A stretch of 64,000 nucleotides of DNA, taken from NCBI GenBank assembly GCA_958295945.1, contig OY282386.1:1303371-1367370 (forward strand). The letters run 5' to 3'. The notes beneath the pieces are model-generated. The model did no database searches. It saw nothing but the letters and a program-made list of their open reading frames with translations, and was not told the origin of the DNA. Within the stretch, counting starts at the first letter, position 1. The number at the start of each line of letters is the position of its first letter. The position numbers were made by a program, and so were the translations under genes. This document shows positions 19,258 through 29,800 of this stretch, in pieces. This DNA comes from Candidatus Poribacteria bacterium (GTDB lineage: Bacteria; Poribacteria; WGA-4E; WGA-3G).

Positions 19258-20667
19258 TTAACGCTTTGTTACAGCAAAAAACTTGTGGTTTGGATTGGTG
19301 TTAGTGCTAATTTGTAGCGTGTTGCCCAAGAACTTTTCGACTCCTCTGACGATAGCATCTGCGAGTTTTTGTTGATATGCATCGGATGTAAGTTTTTTGC
19401 TTTCAGTTGGATTGGTTATAAAACCGGTTTCAATCAGGATGGCAGGAACCCGTGTTCCGATAAGCACGACAAAACGTGCATGTTTAACACCACGGTCTGC
19501 TGCCCCAGTTGCTGTGACCAATGCTCGTTGTACATGTGTTGCTAATCTATGACTATCCTCACTTTTACTCTCAATGATCAATCCTTTCAACAGCGATTCC
19601 AATTCTTGAATACTATATCCTGAGTTTGCGTTTTCGCGTGCTGCGATGAGTTCAGATTCTTTGTCTGTGCTAGTAACGTCTAAATAATAGGTTTCTATGC
19701 CGTGTGCCTTTGGATTACCGCTTGCGTTTGCATGAATGCTCAGAAATAGGTCAGCTTTGTTCCTTGTAGCATAAGCGGTTCTTTCTTTTAGCGGTATGTA
19801 TCGGTCAGAGTCTCGTGTCAGTAGCACTGTATAACCTTTTGCCGTTAAAATAGCTCCTACTTTCTTTGATATACTAAGGGCGATGGGTTTTTCAAATAGA
19901 TTATTCGCACCGATTCCCCCAGGGTCTTTTCCACCGTGTCCTGCATCAATGACAATCGTTTTCGCGGATAAACCGAATTCTTGTGTGAGGGAACCATGTG
20001 TAACCTTTTCTGGGTGGGTCTTTGGTGGTTTTGGGACTACTACTGGTTTTGGTTGTGGTGTAGAGGTTTTCTGAGGAGATTTTAATGTTTCAAGTTCTTC
20101 AGTTGCAGTATTTACGATTTCCTTTTGCTTTGCAGTTTCAATGATTTCTACATAAAGGGTTTCAGCCCGTGTTTCGTATCCCTCATCTGCATAAGTTCGT
20201 CCTAAAGCCAACTTTGCGTTTGCTGCAACATCTGACTCTGCATATCGGTCAATAACAATCTGGTAGTGGTGTGCTGCACGTGCTGTATCGCCAATCAGTG
20301 TGTAGCATTGTGCAAGCCAATAGTGTGCAGGCGGTAATTGTTTTGAATCTGGATAGGTGTAAATCAGTCTTCTGAATGCAGAGATGGCACGTTTCGGTGC
20401 TTCTGTATCTCCTGCTTTGATACACCACACCCAACTGGAGGCGATTGCATATTGTGTTTCATCAGCTGTTTGACTGTCAGTATCTGAGCGAAGATGGTGT
20501 TCAAGTTCTGTTATTAGGGTGTGCCACTCCTCAAGTGTTGCCTGTTTCTCTCCGCTTGTATAATCGTAGTGACGATTTGCTAAATCATTATAACTAATTG
20601 TAGTGGCACATCCGGTGAGTAGTCCTGTGAATAAAAGAAGAATTGTCCAAAGGTAACAAGGTCTCAC
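19258..20667 (-). CDS. lipoprotein N-acetylmuramoyl-L-alanine amidase (Amidase_3 / AmiC-like) with an N-terminal TPR-like region
   Basis: Lipobox LLTGC. C-terminal IVIDAGHGGKDPG ... SIHANA catalytic motifs. GTG start with GGAGGAG RBS. Confidence 0.85.
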   Translation of the reverse strand: MRPCYLWTILLLFTGLLTGCATTISYNDLANRHYDYTSGEKQATLEEWHTLITELEHHLRSDTDSQTADETQYAIASSWVWCIKAGDTEAPKRAISAFRRLIYTYPDSKQLPPAHYWLAQCYTLIGDTARAAHHYQIVIDRYAESDVAANAKLALGRTYADEGYETRAETLYVEIIETAKQKEIVNTATEELETLKSPQKTSTPQPKPVVVPKPPKTHPEKVTHGSLTQEFGLSAKTIVIDAGHGGKDPGGIGANNLFEKPIALSISKKVGAILTAKGYTVLLTRDSDRYIPLKERTAYATRNKADLFLSIHANASGNPKAHGIETYYLDVTSTDKESELIAARENANSGYSIQELESLLKGLIIESKSEDSHRLATHVQRALVTATGAADRGVKHARFVVLIGTRVPAILIETGFITNPTESKKLTSDAYQQKLADAIVRGVEKFLGNTLQISTNTNPNHKFFAVTKR

Positions 20668-20910
20668 TGTTTTTCTCCTCCGCTTTTTTTTATTTGAAGT
20701 TTTTCGTGCACTCTACTTCTGGTAAGCGGGTATGTGTAGTTCTTTGTATTTCTTGATATTTCATATCATGAATTAAAACGAAAAGATAGGTGTTTTCGTT
20801 ACTAAAATGGTTTGTGAAGACTATTCCTTTAAACGATTTCCCTTTTGTGGAGAAATGTAAGAGTTGCAATAAATAGCAATTGATAGGTCTCTCCTATAAG
20901 GCAAGTTACA

Positions 20911-21084
20911 GGGTGTGTAAGTTTTTGTCACTAACTTCTCACCAACCATTGTAGGGGCGGGTCTCTGTGCCCGCCCGTTGCCTTACAGGACAAGGAATGG
21001 CGGGGCACAGAGACCCCGCCCTACAATAGAGGACAGGTTTTTCACTTGAATTGACGTCTACGGTGACAAAAACTTTACACACCC
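20911..21084. repeat. composite palindrome: a REP pair (20951-20976 and 20999-21024, GTAGGGGCGGGTCTCTGTGCCCGCCC) nested inside 22-bp outer inverted repeats (AGGGTGTGTAAGTTTTTGTCAC / GTGACAAAAACTTTACACACCC)
   Basis: Read directly. Sits in a divergent intergenic region. Confidence 0.6.
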
Positions 21085-21255
21085 GGCATGTTATTTCAGA
21101 TTGACATAGGAATATAAGGTGTAGTACAATAATTCACAAGTATATTTTCATTTCATAAAACATCTCTTTTCAATCTGTAACCACTTACACGTATAATTGA
21201 TTTATATCTGAAGCATGATGTGAATATTCACGTCTAATGATAACTGGAATATAAA

Positions 21256-22074
21256 ATGGCATTTCAATTTCAAGATTATATGGTGAATGAATATCTCTCA
21301 CAAGGTTACTTGGTTTTTCGTGGGATTGTTCCACCCGCTTTATTGACCGATTTACGTCGGGAAGCGGAGAAGGCACGCGACTTAGCACACAAGCTCAATG
21401 GACCTCAGACACAACGGATTCAACCACTTTCTAACTATGGTGATGACTTAGATTTGAAACCTTTTTATGACTATACGGAATTACCAGAACTTCAAAATGC
21501 TGTGCAGAAACTACTTGGTGACGACTATACGCACGGACATGTAGACATTATGGGATTACTTGTTGAACCACTTGAACATCCTTGGCATATCGGTTGGCAT
21601 CGTGATGGCGTGGTGGAGGTGCCTCCAGAAGCACGTGATGAAACCGTTGTTGCTAAGCTGGCAAAAGTGTGGCATGATCTCCGTCATTTTAATCAGGTAA
21701 ATTGTGCTATTTATGCAGATTCTTGTACGTGGTTTGTTCCCGGTAGTCATCTTCGGCAATGGGACATGCCCGGTGAAGAACAATCAACGGGTAATCCTGC
21801 GTTGCGTAAGCCTGCTGAGGGGCAATCTAATGTGGAAGCAGAACGGTTTTGTCTTGAACATTGCCAACAGTTTCCGGGTGCAGTGCAAGTGCATTTGGGA
21901 CCTGGAGATTTTATGATCTATCGTAATCTTGCGTGGCACACAGGCAACTATATTACTTATCAACCGCGTGCTACAATTCACGATGTTGTCCGGTATAATG
22001 GTGATAAAGATTGGACAGATTGGCAGCAGACAAAGATTGATGCTGTTAATCGTTGGAAAGAAAAAGAAAAATAG
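21256..22074 (+). CDS. phytanoyl-CoA dioxygenase (PhyH) family Fe(II)/2-oxoglutarate oxygenase
   Basis: HxD ... H facial triad candidates (WHRDG, AWHTG) and PhyH-like length and composition. Confidence 0.65.
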   Translation: MAFQFQDYMVNEYLSQGYLVFRGIVPPALLTDLRREAEKARDLAHKLNGPQTQRIQPLSNYGDDLDLKPFYDYTELPELQNAVQKLLGDDYTHGHVDIMGLLVEPLEHPWHIGWHRDGVVEVPPEARDETVVAKLAKVWHDLRHFNQVNCAIYADSCTWFVPGSHLRQWDMPGEEQSTGNPALRKPAEGQSNVEAERFCLEHCQQFPGAVQVHLGPGDFMIYRNLAWHTGNYITYQPRATIHDVVRYNGDKDWTDWQQTKIDAVNRWKEKEK

Positions 22075-22116
22075 AATAAAAATTTGACACAGAATTCAAC
22101 ACAAAGGAGACAAAGT

Positions 22117-22224
22117 ATGATGTTTATCGGTCCTGGTGCTATGGAACTCATTATTGTATTCGTAGTTGGTTGCTTTTTCGTTGGTGCGATACTTTCAGTA
22201 GTGGCACTTGCACGTAAAGACTAA
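22117..22224 (+). CDS. small hydrophobic single-TM peptide, 35 aa (MMFIGPGAMELIIVFVVGCFFVGAILSVVALARKD)
   Basis: AAAGGAGACAAAG RBS 6 nt upstream. Absent from the ORF track because it is shorter than 60 aa. Paralog of the next gene. Confidence 0.5.
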   Translation: MMFIGPGAMELIIVFVVGCFFVGAILSVVALARKD

Positions 22225-22303
22225 TAATTAATAGTAATGGTAAAATCAGAATAAGTTAAAAACATAGAGATTTATATTTTCTGTACCAAAGGAGACAAAT
22301 ATT

Positions 22304-22405
22304 ATGGGTCCTGGTGCTATGGAACTCATTCATATTTTCGTAGTTGGTTGCTTTTTCGTTGGTGCGATACTGACAATAGTGGTACTTGCAAAACGAAAAC
22401 AGTAA
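22304..22405 (+). CDS. small hydrophobic single-TM peptide, 33 aa (MGPGAMELIHIFVVGCFFVGAILTIVVLAKRKQ), tandem paralog
   Basis: AAAGGAGACAAAT RBS. About 80 percent identical to the upstream peptide gene. Confidence 0.5.
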   Translation: MGPGAMELIHIFVVGCFFVGAILTIVVLAKRKQ

Positions 22406-22561
22406 GAGATAAATAACGAAGATTGTAGGTTGGGATGAGGCATGAAAGTCAACATGCAGCTCGTTATCAAATAAGAAAATTGGGTTTCCTTCCTCAACTC
22501 AACCTACGGATATTGACAGAGAAGAAAACGGGGTTGGAAACCTCTCCAACAAGAGGATATT

Positions 22562-23371
22562 ATGGAGCAGAAATTTACAATAGAACCACCTGGCGAAGTT
22601 AAAGATCACCCGTTTCCGACAACCCGACCTGATATAAAGATAGTTGAGAGTTCAAATAAAATAGACGAGGTAGATTGTCAGGAGTTGCAGTGGTGGTTGA
22701 TGGTTCCAAAGATGGGTGAAAGTTGTATGTGGGCAGAATATGATGGTGAAACACAGCAGTTGGACGCTGTGACTGAGATGATACCGACGATGCCAGCAAT
22801 TATACGGGATATTGACTGCGTTGAAGTCCAGTTCAAAGAATACCTTGCGAATGATTGGCCGCCATCTCCAGATTTGATGTATGTTACGATTGATGAGACG
22901 CACACGAGATGGATTTCAGTTGTAATGACCTTAGATGGTAGAAGGATTTACAACACAATTGGAGAGGAATTTTTTAAAGACCAATGGGGACCTGATGGCA
23001 AACGTCATATTGTTGATGATGGACGGTATGAGTTACAACCCGATGGTTCTTACAAAACCACAGATGGCGTAGGTATAGGTGCTGGCACTTATGATGTGAC
23101 GATAGGTGAGAATACCTTTCACTGTCTGCGTATATTAGATCCTGATCTAACCGCCGAACATGGTGGGGAAATGTGTGAAGTATATCTTGAAGAGGGTGGT
23201 CGTACCGTTTTCTTTAGACGATATGATGGACGATATTTACGTGGTGATTTGCTCAAAAAGTTTCCAAACAATCGTCGTATTGTGATTGACGATATCACCT
23301 ATATCCATAGTAATTGTACAGGCTGGTTTCATGATACAATTACATTGGCTTCCCTTGGTTTAACTTCTTAG
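22562..23371 (+). CDS. hypothetical protein (269 aa)
   Basis: ORF with AGAGGA RBS, preceded by the GGGGTTGGAAACC-TCCAACAA motif. No domain recognised. Confidence 0.5.
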   Translation: MEQKFTIEPPGEVKDHPFPTTRPDIKIVESSNKIDEVDCQELQWWLMVPKMGESCMWAEYDGETQQLDAVTEMIPTMPAIIRDIDCVEVQFKEYLANDWPPSPDLMYVTIDETHTRWISVVMTLDGRRIYNTIGEEFFKDQWGPDGKRHIVDDGRYELQPDGSYKTTDGVGIGAGTYDVTIGENTFHCLRILDPDLTAEHGGEMCEVYLEEGGRTVFFRRYDGRYLRGDLLKKFPNNRRIVIDDITYIHSNCTGWFHDTITLASLGLTS

Positions 23372-23446
23372 CATGAATTGGTATAGAGATTTTGGCAGAT
23401 GGTGTAATTAGGGAACAGCGCATTATGCGTCAAGTTAGTGCAATCG

Positions 23447-23612
23447 ATTTTGTCTGAACCAGGATTAGCAGGATTAGTAGATTTCCAGGATTATGAGTTT
23501 GGATTTGCAAAGTTCCTATTCACAATTTGACGTTTATTCTCTGGATGGCACTTTGATGTTTCAGACTCTTATCCTGGAAATCTGTAAATCCTGAAAATCC
23601 TGGTTCAGACAA
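23447..23612. repeat. MITE-like element with 43-bp imperfect terminal inverted repeats (GTCTGAACCAGGATTAGCAGGATTAGTAGATTTCCAGGATTAT / its reverse complement)
   Basis: Read directly. CCAGGATT / AATCCTGG sub-repeats. Lies upstream of the giant TPR gene. Confidence 0.45.
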
Positions 23613-23716
23613 GAATCAATAAACCCACTAAATCCAGTGGCGAGTTTGATTCAGTCTCTTAACTTTCGGTTAACATTAATGATTAAGCATTCTTAAAACT
23701 AAATAACCCTGGCAAA

Positions 23717-23743
23717 GGTGGGGCACAAAGAGACCCGCACTAC
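23717..23743. repeat. single degenerate REP-like hairpin, minus orientation: GTAGTGCGGGTCTCTTTGTGCCCCACC
   Basis: Same family as 20951 and 35524. Confidence 0.4.
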
Positions 23744-23858
23744 AATGTGTGGGAAGAAAAAGTCCTATCCTATCTAACAAATACGTCTCAAATATTATAT
23801 AAACCACATTCACCATTTTTCCATGTAAGAAATACGTATAACTCAAGGAGAATTCCCG

Positions 23859-26800
23859 ATGTTAGTCAAAAAATACATAATCTTGCTCAGTGTCTTTTCA
23901 GTATTTTTCTCAGGACTATTCTTTGTCACCCTAAGTTTTTCACAAGATGAAGCGACTGATGAAAAAATTATTGAACGATACAAGTTGATGCTCATTCGGA
24001 AACCGAAAGAGGGGAGTACGTTTGATAGACTTTATCAGTTTTATCTTGAAGGATCGGGTTTAGAAGCGATGGTCTCTGATTATCAATCGGAGGCACAGGA
24101 AAAACCTAACGATCCGAACATTCAACTTATCTTGGGGCATATATATAAACGACTGGGTAAGGACGAGGAAGCCTTGACTGCGTATCAACGCGCTGTGGAA
24201 CTCTCACAGAATGATTATTATGCACATTTTGCGTTAGGTCAGTTGTATGTGATACTCCGTCACCATGAAGATGCCATTAGTGAATTGACGAAAGCAACAT
24301 CGTTATCAGAACAGGCACAGACTATCTCTCCCGAAGAGTTGACAGATATTTACAAGACATTGGGGCATGCGTATTTTAGCCGCGATATGTTAGATGAAGC
24401 GATTAAGGCGTGGGAAAAGATTTCTGAACTTGATCCTGACGATATCTTTGCACGAATAGAACTGGCTGACCTGTTTCGTGAACAGGAGTTGTATACTCAA
24501 GCCATTGCACAATATGAAGAAATCATAAAACTTAAGAAAGATGACACATATCGTAAATGTTTGAGTATGCGGGAGATTGGGAAAATCCACGAAGAATCGG
24601 GTGAATATCAGAAGGCGTTGCAACAGTATGATGCGGCGTTAGACCTGACCGCACAAGGTAATTGGCTGAGAAAAGACTTGCAACACAGGATTATTGCCAT
24701 ATATTCGGCAGATGCAAATTGGAAAGACCTGATTGCTTATTATGATGTTAAACTTGAGACAAATCCGAATGATCCAGAAACTCTCGGTCTACTTGCTGCA
24801 GCGTATATTGAAAATCAGCAGCTTGAGGAAGGCATTGATACCTATAAGAAGGGATTAGCACTTGCCCCAACCGATACGGGACTTCGCCTCAGCCTGATAG
24901 GCGCGCTTCGTGATGCGGAAAAGTTTGAAGATGCGGCTGTGGAATATGAAACACTTAGTGAACAACACCCTGATGACATTGGAATATATCGCGAACTTGG
25001 AAAATTGTATCTGCAGCTTGAAAATGAAGAGCAGGCGAAGGGAGTTTATCAACGTCTGATTGATCGAGATCCGAAGAGTGCTAACATCTACATCACCCTT
25101 GCTGAAATATACACGGGGCACGAATGGCTTGAAGATGCGGTGGCTGCATATCAAAAGGCAACGGAACTTGATACTGATAATCTCGATTATATTGAGTATT
25201 ATGGGGACTTTTATTATAGACAAGGTGAAAGTCCGAAGGCGATTGAAACATGGAATCGGATGGTGGTAGACACCAAAAGCACTGCTGAGAACTATGACCG
25301 TTTGGCACGTCTACTTGAAACCAAAAAGTTTTCAGACGAGGCAATTGATGCAAGTAGAAAAGCGGTTGAATTGATGCCAGCGACTTATCGTTTCAGGGAG
25401 TCGTTAGCCAAAAGACTGATGAACAATGAGTTGTATGTCGAGGCACTCGTGGAATATACGGAAGCGATGAAGCTTGCACCGAATGCGTTTTTTGCTGAAC
25501 AGATGGACGACAAGCGGATTGAACTCTACAAACGGCAGGGAACACTTGTAAAAAGAATTGAAGAGATAGAAACAGAACTTGATACACCCGAACTTGCGGA
25601 TAACGATAAATTTGCACAACAGAAACGGCTTGCCAAGATGTATCTGAAGTTAGGTAATACTGCCTACGCGTTGGAAATTCTTTTGGATGCAAAGAAACTA
25701 CGACCCGACGATATAAATGTCAATCGTTGGGCAGCAAATATCTATGTCAAACAAGGAAGACGTGATGAAGCGATTAACATTTACCGTCATCTAACGAATA
25801 TTGATAACACAAATGCGCGTGAGTATTATTCTAATATAGCGAAAATTTATCTGGAAACTCTGGATTTTGAGAAGGCTAAGGAAGCTGCGAAACAGGTCGT
25901 CGCGCATAGTCCTCGTAATCCCGAGGGACATCACTTGTTGGCACAAATTGCTATGCAATCCGGTGATTACGACACATCTGTTGATAGTTTTAAACAAGCA
26001 ATTCGTTTGCGTCCGGAAGCGATTGATATCCGTAGTGAACTGGCACAACTTTATCACAATTCAGGTGACTTTAGACTTGCAATTGCACAGTATTGGCGTT
26101 GTTGGAATCTCAGCGACAATATCAGTGATAAGCTTAGTTTTATCCAACCACTGGGAGAAGCATATTATAGTTTAGGTAGGCGTACGGAACTCGCGGAAAG
26201 ATTGAAACAGATGGCTAAATCCCAGATGGCTATATCACAGACATCTGGGATTGCATCTGTCTTAGCTCTTGCCCAAGTCTATCGTAATGAAGGCGATCTA
26301 TCAAGTGCGCGTTTTCAGCTTGCACGCGCATTAGATCAGCGACGAGAGAACCCAGAACTATTATATCAACTTGTTGGCATAAGTTTAGACCTTGGTGATA
26401 TTGAGGAAGCTTTAAGTTATCAGCAGCAACTTGTCAAAGCAGATCCCGATCCTATTCATCAGCAAAAACTTGGTGAACTTTTGTTTGATGTTGGGCGCGA
26501 ACAAGAAGCCGTACAAACATGGTCAAAAGTGTTGCATCAAAAGAAGCATACACTTGATGCAGAAATCAGACTCGCAAAGTTATTGATTAGACACGGGTTA
26601 ATGGAGGAAGCATTCTTTGCCCTTGACAATGCAGCGGAAAAGATAACCGGGGCAGATGCATACATTGGGTTGTATCAAATTGGTGCTACTTTGGTTGAGA
26701 TAAGCGAACCTGAGAAAGCGTTACCATACTTCCAACAAATCGTAGAGATGTCAAAACCTGCACAGGGGACAGGTTTTGCTACAACAAAGAAAAAATCAAG

Positions 26801-29800
26801 AACTACTAATACGAATCCCAATTCCTTTTATGGTCCACCTGGGACAAATATATACAAACTTCATCTTGCCAGCATTCTCTCACAACGTGTGCAACCTCAG
26901 CAGTATTCTTCAAGAAATGTCTCTCCATGGGTTCCAACCACATTTGAAGAAGCACAGGCTGCCGCACTTGTGCAGGTGAAGTCGATCATGGATGATCTCG
27001 GTCAGTTGGATGACATGTTTGCTCAGTATGAGGAAAAAGTAACTGCGAATCCCAAGGATATCCAAACGCTTGAACTGTTAGCACAACTATACATTTTGAT
27101 GAAGAATCAAGAAAAAACAGATGAGGTATTAGATAAGTTGTTAACAGCCTCACCTGATAATTTAGTATATCAAGGCATTAAGTTAGGATTGTTGGTTGAT
27201 CAAGAGGGTTTTCAATATGATAGCTTCATAAATTATCTTGATAAGATGACTGGATTGACATTAGATGGAAAAAATTGGTATCTGTTAGAATTTGCCTCTA
27301 TATTCCTTAGTCAAGGAAAACGTGATTCAGCTGAGAAAATGTTGGATGAACTTGATGGAATGAATGTGCTTCAACTCAGTAATGGACATAGATTAATGGA
27401 TCTACTTGTAAGAATGGGGAGGATAGAACAAGCAGAAGAGATGCTATCGGAACTTCCTACGACAACTGGTGCACGCACTTCACAACAATATACACGCATA
27501 TATGAAACAGTATCTAACACATATCTCAGCAATGGAGATCCAGACAAAGCAATAGAATACTTTTGGAAATATATTGAAAAGACCAATCCAACAGTGTCCA
27601 ATACAAGGTATGTAGCAAGTTTGACTTATTCCACCTATTCGAGCAGCCAGACGTATCAAACCAATTTTCCATCACCTACATCGTACTATACTCAGACACG
27701 GTTGGATTTTCTGCAAAAGTTTTTCAATAAAATATGGATCAAAGAACAACAAGAACTATTCTACACAGTATTAGAGGATAAGTATAACGGTTCGGAAGGT
27801 AGAAATCGTATCTATCCAGCATTAGCTATTAGTTATTGTAAATGGTGGGATGGAAAACGAGACAAGTCGCTTGAAGTACTGAACAAGTTACAAGAGGAAT
27901 TCCCGGATGACCTATCATTAAAGATGAATACGATATTCGTTTCAATTCAATCTGGCAAATACAACGTAGCATTAGATGTTGTGAAGGAACTTATTCATTC
28001 GGATCCAAAGAATCTGAATCAATATTACGATCTGACATTACAAATTGCGATGTATACAGGCGATTCTTCTGTAGTGCGTGATTTGATGAAAAACATTTTG
28101 AACTCACCTACAAGTGTACAGCAGCTTCACAATTTCTCACAGAAATTGCAGAGTGTGGGATTCACACAATATGCTGTTGCTGTTTCACAAAAAGCGATGG
28201 ATTTAGTCTTGAGAGAAAGGGATCCGAGTTTTTTGAGAAAGTTTAGTACTCATTTAAACGATTTAGGTCGCGGGCAGGATGCTGCACGTTTGACTCAACG
28301 TGCAGCTAAGTTAGAAAATTTGAAAGTCTTGTCTGGGCAAACATTACCGAACATGAATATTCGATCGGTAACGCTTTCTCCTAAACGGTTAAAGATGATT
28401 CAAGATCGTGAGGCGAAATTAGTCAAAATAGTTGAACAGAATCCGAAATCCTTCAAAGCACAGTCCAATTTAGCCGCATTTTACTCAAGTAGAAATCAGG
28501 TGCAGAAAGCGATACAAACATATCAAGCAGCTCTTGAACTGCGTCCCAATGATAGCACGTTACGTAATCAATTTGCAGACATGTTACGGCGAGTCGGAGA
28601 AGCAAAAAAAGCAGTTGAACAATATACGTATCTACTCAAGAACAACATCTCTACTTCCCAATACAGTTACTATCAATATGGATATATCATAGAAACATTT
28701 ATCCAAGCAGGCGAAATAAAAAAACTTATTTCAATTGCCAAAGAAATGGTTGGGAATAATCAAGGTTCTGGACGTAGTAATGAATTTGTTCGTAGGATTG
28801 CTCAGCATTTTAGAAACAACAACAATAATGTTATACCACTGATTGAGATTTACGAAAAATCACTTGAGTCTGGATCAGAGACTCATTTTTATGACTTAGT
28901 TTCAGCATACATGTCTACCGGCAATCGTGATAAAGCAAGGCAACTATTAGTAGGTAAACTCAAGACCGGACCTGCGGAAAGACAAGTAAATGTGGTACTT
29001 AGGTTGTCTAATTTAGATGAAGGTTTAGATGATTTGAAGAATTTGGCAAAAGAATATGAGGAGAAGTTTCCTATGGATACTGCTGAATCTTCTATGTTAT
29101 ATCTACTTACTATCTTAAAAATAGCAACAAATGACTTAGAGGGGTCAGATATATATGTAGAAAAACTGTTGAAGAATAAATCCAATAATATTGGATCGTA
29201 TTGGCTTCATACGATTGCTAACGCATATCAGGACAAAGGGGATTCAGACCGTCAACAACGTATGCTTGAGGCTGCAATTGAAATCGTAGATCTAAATAAT
29301 ACCGGTCAACTATCAAACACCTACCAATCACTTGGTAAAATATACGCAGATAAAGGGGAGAAAGAGAAAGCGAAGAAAGCCATCCGAAAAATGGGTAATC
29401 TCCGCCTGATGCGTAGTGGTGGTGCTCGTTTTTATGATAAAGATACGGTCGCTCGCACATACATGGACCACGGTTTGTATGACGAAGCGGAAGTGTTGTT
29501 GATAGAAATCATCAACGACTTATCTGCACATTCATATTACCGTGAACGGGCTCAAGAACAATTAGTGACAATCAGAGTCAGACGTGGTGGGACAGACAAT
29601 AGATTGGAAAACACAATGGATGATATGAATATTGCCTTACTCCGTACAAAAGCACAAGAAGAAAAAGGAAGGGGAAACTACTACGAGGCAATTAGAATCT
29701 ACGAGCAGATAGTCAAAAAATCACCAGACGACCTTGGTTCGCGTGCTGAACTTGCTTCTCTTTACACATTGCAGAATGAACAAGATAAAGCAATTGAGAT

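Noticed and set aside
22599-22905. Three overlapping minus-strand ORFs opposite the 269-aa gene
   Set aside because: Overlapping antisense frames. The plus-strand gene has an RBS and uniform coding character
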